Source: a virus (Duplodnaviria; Caudoviricetes). Taken from it: DNA of 64,000 nucleotides. Position numbers and translations under genes: made by a program. Within the stretch, counting starts at the first letter, position 1. Each line of letters begins with the position of its first letter. The notes beneath the pieces are model-generated. The model was not told the origin of the DNA. It saw only the letters and a program-made list of their open reading frames with translations, and searched no databases. Shown here one piece after another: positions 37,938 through 48,800 of this stretch. The stretch is from positions 1-64,000 of IMG/VR virus record IMGVR_UViG_3300014203_000001. The stretch is one strand, 5' to 3'.

Positions 37938-39674
37938 CTACTCTGGGTCGATATATACATTGTATTCTGGAGCTTCACATAAATATTGGTTCGTACTGAT
38001 AACAAGACCAATGATTTTACTAATAGCATCTAGAATAACTTGGTCTGATTTGATAGTAGAAAGTACAGTATTATCAAATTTCTCAGTTCTAATATTTAAA
38101 GGACACCCATTAGCTAAACACTCCAACGCTGTCAGAATAGACTGTGTTTTGTCTTCTCCACAATGAATGAAGTATAAAGAAGATACTAATTCAAGATACA
38201 CTTTGTTTAGAGTAGTATAGATGCTAAATGCTTCTTCATTTTGTATTTTAGTATGCTCTTCTTCGCTTAGTGATTCCATTTCTAATTTTTCTAATTCATT
38301 AAATGCACGGAAAGCTTCAAAGTTAGCGCCAAATCCAGTACCATCTTTAGCGGCACTACGGCAATTCAATACAGCATCTTCTACTAGATCTCTAAGAGCA
38401 TCTCTATCGTTCATAGAAATACCACCTACCAGATAATCTACCATATTAGCTTTCAATGAATTGATACGACGTTTTAGTGTACCCACTTTAACGATATCTT
38501 CTTTAGCTTCTTCATACTTCTCAAGCATCATTTGAAGCCCATCAATTAAACCATTATATGTATCAGACTTCTCTCCATCCTCATTGAACATCAACTTTGG
38601 ATTGATAATCTTTGTCTTTAGATTATCTGCTTCTACAAGATCAGCATATCCTGCGAAGTTATGTACAGTGTCTGGAGTTGCAGCTAATCCATTATCAATA
38701 TCCATCTGCTGTAGAGTAGGATCGATGTATTTCTTAATAGGTTTAGCCCCACTAATAATAGCCAAATCTGATAAAACATCACCATCAAAGATATTTGGAA
38801 TTACTAATAAAGGTGGACGCATCATAGGTTTAATATTAGTAAGCTGGGTTACAATATTATCCATCATGGCGTTCATATCTACTGAGATTTTAGGGCAAAA
38901 GATAACAGTAGGAACGATATTAGTTTTATCGGCAAAGATATTATCATACATGATCTTATCTAAGAATACACTCATCTCTGGAGTATCGATAGGATCTTCA
39001 AATACATAGATATTAGCTCCTCTAATAGATGCCACTTTTCGTTCGGTATTATTAATGAAAGCTGGATCACAATATCCTTCTTCGATAGTAAAACCATCAT
39101 ATACTTTCTTTACATTGTTAGGAGAATTAGAGATACCAACATCGATGAATACTTCCATACCATTTTCTTTATAGATATCTGAAAGATTCTGTGCTACTTC
39201 TTCATTACCATTGGTAGAAATCATAGCAATCTTATAGATATCATCTACAGTAGTTTCCTTTTTATTAGAGTCGATAATCTTAATAGCTTTTTCAATAGCT
39301 TTCTTAAATTGTTTTACTAACTCCAATTCAGAAATACCATATTTCTCGTGAGCTGTTTTAAGAGCATCGAAGATTAGATAAGATGCTTTAATAGCAGACG
39401 TTGTTCCGTCACCAATCGTACTAACAATACGAACAGTAATATCTCTAAGATCATCGCGCATAGTTTGCTCAATAGGTTTATTGAACTTGATATCACATAA
39501 GATAGTATGACCATCTTTAGTATATCTAGCAACATCATTCTTCTTACGAATAGCTGTTGTAGATCCGTTAGGACCGTAGGAATTAGTCAAAGCTGCATCT
39601 AAAATCTTTAATGCATTTAATTGTGCTTCTCTTGTTTGTTTCTTAGGAATAATGTTAGTATATACTTGTGTCAT
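37938..39674 (-). CDS. groEL: Phage-encoded GroEL-like chaperonin
   Basis: SYGPNG, YTKDGHTIL, IGDGTTSA, RDLVEDAVLNCRSA, GFGAN. Confidence 0.9.
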   Translation of the reverse strand: MTQVYTNIIPKKQTREAQLNALKILDAALTNSYGPNGSTTAIRKKNDVARYTKDGHTILCDIKFNKPIEQTMRDDLRDITVRIVSTIGDGTTSAIKASYLIFDALKTAHEKYGISELELVKQFKKAIEKAIKIIDSNKKETTVDDIYKIAMISTNGNEEVAQNLSDIYKENGMEVFIDVGISNSPNNVKKVYDGFTIEEGYCDPAFINNTERKVASIRGANIYVFEDPIDTPEMSVFLDKIMYDNIFADKTNIVPTVIFCPKISVDMNAMMDNIVTQLTNIKPMMRPPLLVIPNIFDGDVLSDLAIISGAKPIKKYIDPTLQQMDIDNGLAATPDTVHNFAGYADLVEADNLKTKIINPKLMFNEDGEKSDTYNGLIDGLQMMLEKYEEAKEDIVKVGTLKRRINSLKANMVDYLVGGISMNDRDALRDLVEDAVLNCRSAAKDGTGFGANFEAFRAFNELEKLEMESLSEEEHTKIQNEEAFSIYTTLNKVYLELVSSLYFIHCGEDKTQSILTALECLANGCPLNIRTEKFDNTVLSTIKSDQVILDAISKIIGLVISTNQYLCEAPEYNVYIDPE

Positions 39675-39678
39675 GATA

Positions 39679-40341
39679 TCATTCTCCCTCTTCTTCTTTT
39701 GTAATAGGTGCTAAAGTCAATCCAACATATGGATCTATTGTACGGATCTTATTTGTATCTGAAGCTACTAGAATAATCTTCTTAGGTAAACCATCAGCTT
39801 TATCGATATTATGCATATAATTCGATAAGAAGATATATTTACCATTTAGATTTTTATATTTAACCACATCTTCAACATACTTTAAGAATAGACAATCATA
39901 CCCATCCATATTATCTTGATTGAGTACTGTAGTTAAAGTACTATCTAAATTCTTAATATATTGCTCTTGCAGAGAGTTTTTACAATTAATGACACACTTA
40001 ATAACTCCATCATATTCTTGTAGAGTTTTAGCATATCTAAGAATATCAGTAGGTTGGCAGAACTTTAATACTTCTTCCAGATATTTATCTGCAATATCTT
40101 TTAGCATATCTGGAAGGCTGGCTTTGAACTTATCCTTTAGTAGAATACTGATAGGATTCTTATCTTCTCTGGCTAATAGAAAGTTTTTCTTTACATCTTC
40201 ACTAGATGCATTTACTATGTACTGGTTAAAATACACTGACTTTTTATACTTATCAATCATGAAGTTTATAATACCTAGATCAATATCTACCACAGATTCA
40301 AAAGTTAATAAATTTGAGCAAGAGTATTTTACATTTGTCAC
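39679..40341 (-). CDS. Hypothetical protein
   Basis: 220 aa, GTG start behind AAGGGGAG. Confidence 0.75.
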   Translation of the reverse strand: MTNVKYSCSNLLTFESVVDIDLGIINFMIDKYKKSVYFNQYIVNASSEDVKKNFLLAREDKNPISILLKDKFKASLPDMLKDIADKYLEEVLKFCQPTDILRYAKTLQEYDGVIKCVINCKNSLQEQYIKNLDSTLTTVLNQDNMDGYDCLFLKYVEDVVKYKNLNGKYIFLSNYMHNIDKADGLPKKIILVASDTNKIRTIDPYVGLTLAPITKEEEGE

Positions 40342-40413
40342 TTATAACTCCCCTTTTCTATTTAAATTATAGGACGTATCTAAAAATAGATACGTCCATA
40401 TGAAACACTAAAC

Positions 40414-41187
40414 TTAATCGTCTCCCATAATATCATCGATAGTAGAAGTACTTCTGTTGTTACTAGCGCTTTTATTATTGGAGAAGTAACTACCTTTACT
40501 GCTAGATGCTTTCTGAGCATACAACTCAACTCCTACGCCTGACGCGATCTTAGCTAAACTCTTATCAGTTCTATCTTGAGAATACGCTAAATTATCTACT
40601 ACACTAAACGCAAAACTTCCAGTCATAGCTTCAGCATATGTTTCAAGCTGAGCAATAGCTTCGATAATATCTAAAGTATCAAATGATTCATAATCCTTAT
40701 CAAAATCTCCAGTCTTTTCGCTAAAGTCTTTGATTGAGCAATGGTAATTGCGTTTGAATTCGTATGCATATGAACTCTCTACTTGTCCATTCTCGCCAAT
40801 CTTTCTGATAATTAATACTGGAGTATTTGGTTTATCAAACTCTTCTCCATTAGAAATTGTAAGTAAACCTTGACCTGCAAATACACCTTGGTTATTATAT
40901 GATTCTGGATCTTTAAGAAATCCCCGTAAGATTTTTGCCATGATGCGAGCTTTAGTATGGTTTAAATAGATAACAGCTGCATTCTTTCTATCCCAATTAG
41001 GATTCTCCTCTTTACCACTATTGTCAATCTTTGGCGCGATTGCAATCTTAAGCGTACTTTTCCACATTGAAAAACTCAAGTTTGTTACATCAATCTCACT
41101 CTCTGTATTGCTCATTGCGTAACCATATACGGTTGGACGATACACCTGTTTTTCCTCGTTATTATTATAATTTTCTCCTAATGCCAT
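40414..41187 (-). CDS. Possible single-stranded DNA-binding protein
   Basis: 257 aa with low-complexity S/N linker and acidic tail IDDIMGDD; function inferred from architecture only. Confidence 0.4.
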   Translation of the reverse strand: MALGENYNNNEEKQVYRPTVYGYAMSNTESEIDVTNLSFSMWKSTLKIAIAPKIDNSGKEENPNWDRKNAAVIYLNHTKARIMAKILRGFLKDPESYNNQGVFAGQGLLTISNGEEFDKPNTPVLIIRKIGENGQVESSYAYEFKRNYHCSIKDFSEKTGDFDKDYESFDTLDIIEAIAQLETYAEAMTGSFAFSVVDNLAYSQDRTDKSLAKIASGVGVELYAQKASSSKGSYFSNNKSASNNRSTSTIDDIMGDD

Positions 41188-41214
41188 TATAATAGCCTCC
41201 CTTTAATTTATAAT

Positions 41215-41655
41215 TTATTCAACTACAACGTGTAGCATTACCGCTTTAAGCTCATCATTATTAGAAAAGAGTATAAATTTCTTGTTTGCAATACCACCAG
41301 CTAGACAAATATTAACAGCTCTTAAATGCTTCATATCTCCTGTAGTTACTGAAAAGATTGAGTTGATAGAACGCTCAAAACTACCAAATGAAGGAGTAAA
41401 TAAAATTGTATTCGGAATTCGTATAAGTTTAATACCTTCTTCTCCATCTTTACAAATTTCACATTTACCAGTTTCAATATCATAGTACTCGCTTCCAATA
41501 TCAACATATCCGTTTATAAATATATCAGTAATACAAGTGCTAATGTTTATTTCTACATCATCAGAATTCCCAAATAATTCTTTAATAATATCTCTTGTTC
41601 CTTTTTCTGGTAGATGAATAAATACATCCTTTTCTCTCTTCTCCCCTAATACCAT
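41215..41655 (-). CDS. Hypothetical protein
   Basis: Start revised to MVLGEK behind AAGGAGG. Confidence 0.65.
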   Translation of the reverse strand: MVLGEKREKDVFIHLPEKGTRDIIKELFGNSDDVEINISTCITDIFINGYVDIGSEYYDIETGKCEICKDGEEGIKLIRIPNTILFTPSFGSFERSINSIFSVTTGDMKHLRAVNICLAGGIANKKFILFSNNDELKAVMLHVVVE

Positions 41656-41747
41656 ATAAATAGCCTCCTTTGTAATCATTAAATAAATGTATGTGTTTGT
41701 ATAAAAACATATAAAGAGGTATAGCAATTGCTATACCTCTTATATTA

Positions 41748-42911
41748 TTAATCATTTCCACCATAGTTTACATAAAGTCTAGTCTTATTCTGGTATATCT
41801 TATTCTTAGCAATATCTCCACGGAGTTTATTATATTTACTATATAAGTCACTCCACTTTTTATAATTAGCCTTATCTAATTCTTCCGAAGTTAAGAAATC
41901 ATCAATAACAGACATTCTAGAATTTATCTTATGAAGTAGCAAAACCGCATCATCTTGTGTTTCCATATTATTCACATTGAATTCGATTTCATAATAATCA
42001 TCTTCATATGATTGAATTCCTTTTAGTTTCATAGACTTAGAAGTTCTACTAAATCCTTGAATAATATCATCCATGAAACCTTCTAAAAGAACATCGTCAT
42101 CTATTCTTTCTAATCGTCTAATGATATTATCCATCTCTTTCTTCTCTAGCTTAGATGCGCTCATCTCTATTCCGTCTTTAAGAGTACGGATGGCATCTAT
42201 ACGATTACATAATACGTCTTTATATAAACGCATTACCCAAGTTAAGAAGATAAGTTTGTTATCGATATCGCTATTCCAGTTATATCCATTACCTGCAATT
42301 TTATTCATTGCACTAGTAAGAACTCTATCTATCATACATCCGATATCGAACTCGGTAATTATCTTACCTTCTTCAGCTTCAAATACAGAAGTTACTTTTC
42401 TGATAGCGTCTCTAATACCATAAGAAAGAATCTCTATATAATGAACCGACTCAGTAAGTTTGATAGTATCATTTTGTTTAAGAAGATAATCATCGATATT
42501 GCGTTTTACCTCTTCAATTGGAGTGGCATCTGTTACGACTCGTCCTACATCGTGTGTTACTATAGCACCAATCTCTTCAAATGTCAATCCAAGTCCAGTA
42601 TCAAACATTTTAGAATCTAGTTCTACATAATACTCAGAGATGATATATCTATCATCACCTTTGAGAATATTAATAATTTCTTTTGCTGGTATGATTGGCA
42701 TTACACAGATACCAAAGAACATCTTATCTGTATTCTCTGTATATAATACCTGTTTGCAATTAGCATCTGGTCCGAATAGATCATTTAGTGCTATCTGTAT
42801 ATCATTAAGGGTAGAAGAAGCTTCGCTCGGATTTACAGCAAGTGCTCGTATCGAAGCGTTTAGATCTATGACGCCTTGTTCTACCATATTATACGTTTTT
42901 ACTAATCCCAA
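41748..42911 (-). CDS. Probable virion head protein
   Basis: 387 aa directly downstream of the capsid gene; TTG start behind GGAGG. Confidence 0.55.
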   Translation of the reverse strand: MGLVKTYNMVEQGVIDLNASIRALAVNPSEASSTLNDIQIALNDLFGPDANCKQVLYTENTDKMFFGICVMPIIPAKEIINILKGDDRYIISEYYVELDSKMFDTGLGLTFEEIGAIVTHDVGRVVTDATPIEEVKRNIDDYLLKQNDTIKLTESVHYIEILSYGIRDAIRKVTSVFEAEEGKIITEFDIGCMIDRVLTSAMNKIAGNGYNWNSDIDNKLIFLTWVMRLYKDVLCNRIDAIRTLKDGIEMSASKLEKKEMDNIIRRLERIDDDVLLEGFMDDIIQGFSRTSKSMKLKGIQSYEDDYYEIEFNVNNMETQDDAVLLLHKINSRMSVIDDFLTSEELDKANYKKWSDLYSKYNKLRGDIAKNKIYQNKTRLYVNYGGND

Positions 42912-42982
42912 ATTAATACACCTCCATTATATAAATAAAATATAGACCTACAGATATCTGTAGGTCTATATTTAAAGTTTTA

Positions 42983-44827
42983 TTATTGAGCGTTGTTAAC
43001 TGCACTTTTATGGGTAATCCCATTAGCTGTGTAATCGTTAGCAGCGTTAACTCCGATAGGATCAGGGTTAGCGATGTCTTCACGAAGACCAGTTGGGTTC
43101 ATGATTTGGATACGACCTTGAATAGGTTGGAATTGTAGGAATCTCCAACGTTCGAAGCAAGTAATACCAGGTAATTGATATTGCTCAGTATCACGAATCT
43201 CGTTAGAAATGTATAATTGATAATCAACAACTTTGTAGATTACACGTTGCGTATTACGTGGGCAAAGAATAATAATCAAGTTGTTGTTATTACGCATTTT
43301 CGAGCTTGAGATGAATTGATAGATACGTTTATCACTAGTCACAACAGTTTTCTTGAATTCAAGTTCTACCGGACCAATGTTGGAAGGAGTGCTATACGTA
43401 TAATCTTTAGGGGTAAGTTTACGGATAAGTTCAGGACGACCAAATACAGTAATAGTCATATTTTCATCGTTAAGAACTTGTAATAAATTAGTTACCTGAG
43501 TTTCTAAGTAATCCATGAAGGTTTCTTGTCTCCATGAGATATGAGAACCCATGTAAGATCCTTGTGGTGGAATGAAATCAAATGCACCACTAACTTTTTG
43601 AGTTTCAGCCAATCCTAAGAAGGATTTATCTAATTCATCATGAATCATATCATCTTTATAATGTAACAATGCTAAACGCATTTGAGACATAAGTTTAGTA
43701 ATTTGGTTTACACTGAACAATGCTTGAATATCTTTTACTTCTTCTGGAGATACAGTAGTAGTAATGTGTGGAGCTTCTGGAATTTCGAAGATATCCGTAC
43801 GTTGGCTCCATTTAGTTATGCAAGTTTTGAAAGCAGCAGAAGATACATCAGCTACGGCGTGCATTCTTAATGCTTTAACATCCGAAGTATTCAGTACGTT
43901 GAGCATGAATTTCTTGCTTTTCTTAACATAACCACCAATAATACCCTTAACTACTTTAGTATTACCAAGAGCATCAAGTTTAGCAACTACAGTGAAAGAA
44001 GCCATGATCGAACGATCAAATTCGCCATATGATGGACTAAAGAATAATTCAGCTGTATCGAACATAACAGGTTTAACTCCAGCTCCACCAGCAGCAACTA
44101 CTTCATATGCTTTAGTAGTAGTATTGTAGAAGGTCTCACCCACCGCAACATAGCTATCTACAAGAACGCCAGTAATAGCAGTTTTGATACTCAATGCGGC
44201 ATTAGTTGAATTGATACCCAACTCATCTTTAAGAATATCTAAGCTTTCGTTTTCAGGAAGAGTAATAACTACATCTTTTGTAGGTACGCTATTTTTAATA
44301 GCATCTTTAATTTTATACTGTTCTAAGAACATATCAATCTCGTTACCTTGTGTATCCACTAAAATACGAGTTTCCATTGATAATGTGAACTTAGGAGAAA
44401 CCGATACATCTTTCTGCATTGATTGATCAAACACTGCATTCGTCAACAGGTTTTTATGCATAGGGAAAGTAGTTGCGATCATAGGATTCGAATCACCAGT
44501 GTAACAGTTTTCACGTACACCAACTAAATCGTTTTTAAATAATTCACCAAGATCAGCTTCTAAAGCAGCTACAGCTTCTGGGTTGCCTGCATATCTAGGA
44601 TCTTCAGGATCGTAAGCCTCGCTAACAAACAATTTCTTCATAGCATCAACAGTACTATTCTTACTGAAGAACATATCTGGTTGACGATATACATCAATAC
44701 CCTCGTTAACTGCACTTCTAGCAATACTCAAAAAGCTTTCAGCTAATTTAGTCATTTCATTTTTTTCATATCCTCTTGCCTTAGCATTAGGATTTTGTCT
44801 TTCTCCAACAACTGGCATTGTATTCAC
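42983..44827 (-). CDS. Probable major capsid protein
   Basis: 614 aa with its own late promoter (44892-44903) and terminator (42940-42972); N-terminal xxE propeptide-like sites; flanked by head genes. Confidence 0.7.
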   Translation of the reverse strand: MNTMPVVGERQNPNAKARGYEKNEMTKLAESFLSIARSAVNEGIDVYRQPDMFFSKNSTVDAMKKLFVSEAYDPEDPRYAGNPEAVAALEADLGELFKNDLVGVRENCYTGDSNPMIATTFPMHKNLLTNAVFDQSMQKDVSVSPKFTLSMETRILVDTQGNEIDMFLEQYKIKDAIKNSVPTKDVVITLPENESLDILKDELGINSTNAALSIKTAITGVLVDSYVAVGETFYNTTTKAYEVVAAGGAGVKPVMFDTAELFFSPSYGEFDRSIMASFTVVAKLDALGNTKVVKGIIGGYVKKSKKFMLNVLNTSDVKALRMHAVADVSSAAFKTCITKWSQRTDIFEIPEAPHITTTVSPEEVKDIQALFSVNQITKLMSQMRLALLHYKDDMIHDELDKSFLGLAETQKVSGAFDFIPPQGSYMGSHISWRQETFMDYLETQVTNLLQVLNDENMTITVFGRPELIRKLTPKDYTYSTPSNIGPVELEFKKTVVTSDKRIYQFISSSKMRNNNNLIIILCPRNTQRVIYKVVDYQLYISNEIRDTEQYQLPGITCFERWRFLQFQPIQGRIQIMNPTGLREDIANPDPIGVNAANDYTANGITHKSAVNNAQ

Positions 44828-44932
44828 TCCTTATTCAAATATAATATATTTTTCGATTTATTATATTTCAACCCAATTAGGTTTAAATATTTACTATATT
44901 GTTATATATACCAAATACTATTCAATGCAAAA

Positions 44933-45934
44933 CTAGGCTTTTTCTTTAGCTAATTCGTCAATTACATCTGTTAATGCAGAAAATATAGCCATATGTCTCT
45001 GAAGAAGTACTTGGTTCTCAACATAACTTCTAGTATCATAAGATTCTATCAAAGAATCTCTAACCAAAGTCTTTAATTCTAACAGCCTTCTAGTTACAAA
45101 TTCAATAGGTTTTATATTATCTTCTACTCTATTTATCTTAGAAAGACGCTCTATTACTTTTTCTATATTAGTATATAGCATAATGAAGTTTTCTTTTAAC
45201 TCCAATTGTTTAATAGCTATTTGTTCTGGCGATAAGCTAGCAAATACATCATCTTCTAATTGCTTTATCGCATCATTAGATCCGTCATTACTGCTATCTG
45301 TATCAGTGCTATCATCTGTAACCCCGTTAGAATCATCTTCCCCGTCAGGTGAGTCTTGTGTATAGTCTGGTGTTCCTTCCGCATCTGTAGATGCATCTGA
45401 ATTGTCTTCTCCATTTGCGTCATCTTTAGTACCATCCCCATCATTATTTGTATCGTCTTCACCATCAGGAGAATCTTGTGTATAATCTGGTGGTCCATCA
45501 TCTGCATTGCTGTCCAACCCAGCATCTGGCGTTTCGCTATCTTCTGGATTCTCCTGATCGTCACCTTTGGGAGTATCATCTTCTTCCTCATCAGGAGAGT
45601 CTTGTGTATAATCTGGAGGTCCATCATCTTCAGTATCATCCACAGGAGGATCTTCGGCAGGCGGATTCGTATCAGCGGTATCTGTATTATCATCTGCTGG
45701 TGGTTCCTCATCTTCTTCCTCATCAGGAGAGTCTTGTGTATAATCGGGAGGTCCATCATCTTCAGTATCATCCACAGGAGGATCTTCTACTGGAGCTGGG
45801 TCTTCTTTAGGTGTATCGTCATCTTCTGGTTTGTCTTGTGTATAATCAACTTTATTCTTTTTATCGTCTTCTTCATCTAAAGATTTACCATTAGCAATGA
45901 TCTCTTCATTTAATATAAACGTAGCAAAATTCAT
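44933..45934 (-). CDS. Acidic repeat protein, candidate scaffold/core protein
   Basis: Five DYTQD(S/K)P motifs in a D/E/P-rich region; helical C-terminus; directly upstream of the capsid gene. Confidence 0.6.
   Translation of the reverse strand: MNFATFILNEEIIANGKSLDEEDDKKNKVDYTQDKPEDDDTPKEDPAPVEDPPVDDTEDDGPPDYTQDSPDEEEDEEPPADDNTDTADTNPPAEDPPVDDTEDDGPPDYTQDSPDEEEDDTPKGDDQENPEDSETPDAGLDSNADDGPPDYTQDSPDGEDDTNNDGDGTKDDANGEDNSDASTDAEGTPDYTQDSPDGEDDSNGVTDDSTDTDSSNDGSNDAIKQLEDDVFASLSPEQIAIKQLELKENFIMLYTNIEKVIERLSKINRVEDNIKPIEFVTRRLLELKTLVRDSLIESYDTRSYVENQVLLQRHMAIFSALTDVIDELAKEKA
45576..45787. repeat. Direct repeat, 80 bp x2 (45576-45655 and 45708-45787), one mismatch
   Basis: Encodes EDPPVDDTEDDGPPDYTQDSPDEEED twice, 132-bp period. 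Confidence 0.9.
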
Positions 45935-45949
45935 TTTTATTCCTCCTTT

Positions 45950-48202
45950 CTAATCTTCTTTAGCTTTTGCATCTGTAGATCTAACTGTCTTATCGTCCCA
46001 TTCAATCTTAATTTTATATTTCAATCTAGATTCTTGGGCTTCTAATTTCTTTTTAATAAGAAGAAGTTCTCTAACCCGTTTAAGATCTTTCTTATCTTCA
46101 GCTTGAGCAATATACTTATCTACCATTTGAAGTTCTACTTCTAATTCATTCAATACCAACTGTCGTTCTTTTGTTCTTATCTTAGAACTCATAGCAAATT
46201 TACCAAGAAGAATAATTACAGCCACGGCAGGATGTATTAACCAAGCAGCTCCAACCGTTACAACAGCCATTTTAATAACCTTAGATGCAGATGGAAGAAT
46301 ATCTCCTCTAATAACGGCTTCTCTATTCTCGGTAGTCATTGATTTTTCTACACTTCTAGATAAGCTATCACATGTAGCATCTACTGTTCTAGACATAATC
46401 TTTTCTTTATCTGAAAGATCTGATGCTATATTAGCTAGCTTTTGTGTTGCCATATGTAAACCACTAGTAATGCTTAATTCATTAATGGCTCTCACATATG
46501 AATTTATAACATGAGTAGATTCTTGTAATTCAATGATATCTGAGAATACATTGCTTCCGTCAATAGATTCTTTAATACCATCGATTTCGAGGGATTTAAG
46601 TTTGGTTAGATTTTCAGCATAGCAGTTTATCTTATTATAGTTCATTATATTCTTAGATGCTTCTCTATCGGCAAACTCTAATGCTTCAATAAGTTTATCT
46701 TTATCTAGCATATCAGGATGCTTCATTGCAAACCCAGTAATATAATCCACATTATCCAATTCTAGATTCGTAATATTATCAGTTGCAAATAGAATTCTTT
46801 CATTGGTAGCCTTATCCCATTCAATAGAATTTACAGCAGATTCTATAACTCTAATATCTATAGCAGAGTTGATAGTTTCTTCGTCAAAGTTCATATCAAA
46901 ATTAAACCCATCATCTTTACCAGGTCTATTATTATTTTCCCAGCTTTTCTTTTCATCATCACCTTGCATAGAATCAGAATGTGCTTCTAAAGCGTCTATG
47001 CTTTTATCCATTTGCTTTAGATATTCTTCTAATTTTTCTTTCTTCTTATGATCAGTACATTTCTCTATTTTCTTAGCAACAGATTCTCTATCCCTATACC
47101 ATACTCGTAGGACTTCTTTCATATACTTGCGTTCCATTACCATATTTATAGTTTTAGAAACTATAATAGCAAACAATCCAGCGAATACTCCTAGAGAAAA
47201 AGCCCCTACAACTACACAAAAATAAAATGCAACTGATAGTAAATTAGTGGTTCCTTCTGCTATATCTTTATCTTTGTTTACAACTAGTATATTTACCATT
47301 AGTTGTTTGAATAGCTCTGGAGATTTAGAAGGTAAAGTTTTAAACTTATCAATCAATTCTCTAGTTTTATCCTTCATAGCTTCTTGTAATATAAAATCAA
47401 TAGATGCATCTTCTGTTACTGGGACGGTGGATTCTTGAAGTTCAGTAAGATATTTAAAATCATCTTCTTTAAAGAATCTATTTTGCTTAGCAGTTTCAGA
47501 TAAAATATGTAATAGTTCTCTAGACGAATCTTGTGGATTCATACTATTAGAAAGAAAGTAATCTGTTACGGATTCTACTATATCTTTAGTATCGAATCTA
47601 ACATTGTTCTCACTAAAAGCGAATAAAGTTTCCTCTAGGGCTAGACTATATTTAGCATTAACTCCAACTTTATACGTATCAACAAAAGAACATAGTTCGT
47701 AGATAGTATCTTTAATACTATCACCATATGCATTTTCTCTTACATAGTTATCGATATTAAATCTTCTCGAAATAAGATCGTGATTCTTAATAGCTCTATC
47801 ACAGTGAACCGCTTCATTGATTCTATCTAGAATAGAACTTAGATATTTAATCTTACTCGGCTCCTCAGCTTCTTTAATTCTACACATAATACCTTCTCTG
47901 AGAAAGGATGGACTTTCTAGAGAAAAAATAATACTCTCGTTAATCCTATCAGTAATCGTCTTTAAATTATTCTCCGTTCCGTTCTCTGATACTATGTCGA
48001 ATAACTCTAAAACTTTTCTTACAGACATATCTGTATTTGCTGAATAACTTGTCCACTTCTCTACAGATTCTTTGATATTCTCAAAATTATAATTCTCCTT
48101 ACAAGATTGGAACAATGGATAGATAGTATCCCCTTTGAATGGTTTTGTACGATGATAGCGTTTACTCAAATCTACAGTGGAAATATGTTGCTTCATATAC
48201 AA
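45950..48202 (-). CDS. Large late protein with two hydrophobic segments (possible internal/ejected head protein)
   Basis: 750 aa; hydrophobic stretches VAFYFCVVVGAFSLGVFAGLFAIIV and AVVTVGAAWLIHPAVAVIILLG; AACT-N6-TA upstream. Confidence 0.55.
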   Translation of the reverse strand: MYMKQHISTVDLSKRYHRTKPFKGDTIYPLFQSCKENYNFENIKESVEKWTSYSANTDMSVRKVLELFDIVSENGTENNLKTITDRINESIIFSLESPSFLREGIMCRIKEAEEPSKIKYLSSILDRINEAVHCDRAIKNHDLISRRFNIDNYVRENAYGDSIKDTIYELCSFVDTYKVGVNAKYSLALEETLFAFSENNVRFDTKDIVESVTDYFLSNSMNPQDSSRELLHILSETAKQNRFFKEDDFKYLTELQESTVPVTEDASIDFILQEAMKDKTRELIDKFKTLPSKSPELFKQLMVNILVVNKDKDIAEGTTNLLSVAFYFCVVVGAFSLGVFAGLFAIIVSKTINMVMERKYMKEVLRVWYRDRESVAKKIEKCTDHKKKEKLEEYLKQMDKSIDALEAHSDSMQGDDEKKSWENNNRPGKDDGFNFDMNFDEETINSAIDIRVIESAVNSIEWDKATNERILFATDNITNLELDNVDYITGFAMKHPDMLDKDKLIEALEFADREASKNIMNYNKINCYAENLTKLKSLEIDGIKESIDGSNVFSDIIELQESTHVINSYVRAINELSITSGLHMATQKLANIASDLSDKEKIMSRTVDATCDSLSRSVEKSMTTENREAVIRGDILPSASKVIKMAVVTVGAAWLIHPAVAVIILLGKFAMSSKIRTKERQLVLNELEVELQMVDKYIAQAEDKKDLKRVRELLLIKKKLEAQESRLKYKIKIEWDDKTVRSTDAKAKED

Positions 48203-48307
48203 TCCTCTCCTTATATATTCATTTAATTATAAGTTCGCTAATTTCTTTATTGCATTGGCTACAATACAAAAAATAAAAGGCTACTCATTACGAGTAGCCT
48301 TATGTAT

Positions 48308-48799
48308 TTATTCATCACTCACTTTCAAACCAAATGGGACTTTTCCATCCACAATAGATTGCCAATGTTCTACAACTCTGATACTAGTATAATCATCAAT
48401 AGATTCTAAATTCTTTTTAGCTTCATCTTGCGCCCATTTCCAAGTATCATTAGAGATAGTGGTAAAGCTGTCTTCGTATTGTGGATAGAGTAGATTATTA
48501 TAGTCAGTAATCTTGAATGGGCTATTAATATTTTTCCAGCATTTAATGAATTCTAACATTACTGCGCTAGCTTGAAATACAGTGATGCCTCCAGTAGGAG
48601 AGCTATCTACCGCATATGCTGCTGCAATAGCAGAAGCCGCCATTGCATGACAAATAGTTCCGTAATCGTGACCATATTCATTTACAAGTTTATTAACAAA
48701 CTCACCTAAATTTTCAGTGGTCACATTCTTAGCTTCTTTATACCACTCTTGATGTACATTATCTTTCTCTGTAATACGCATCTTTTTATTCTCAGTCAT
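48308..48799 (-). CDS. Early hypothetical protein carrying the shared LLYP...W..IVDG.VPFGL domain
   Basis: 163 aa, RBS AGGAGG. Confidence 0.8.
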   Translation of the reverse strand: MTENKKMRITEKDNVHQEWYKEAKNVTTENLGEFVNKLVNEYGHDYGTICHAMAASAIAAAYAVDSSPTGGITVFQASAVMLEFIKCWKNINSPFKITDYNNLLYPQYEDSFTTISNDTWKWAQDEAKKNLESIDDYTSIRVVEHWQSIVDGKVPFGLKVSDE

Positions 48800-48800
48800 T

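Noticed and set aside
45576-45850. Regularly spaced DNA repeats resembling a CRISPR array
   Set aside because: They are in-frame coding repeats (DYTQDSPD) with synonymous variation; no cas genes or leader.
45265-45880. Overlapping repeat-containing ORFs (168, 120 and 134 aa)
   Set aside because: Alternative-frame and antisense shadows of the acidic repeat gene.
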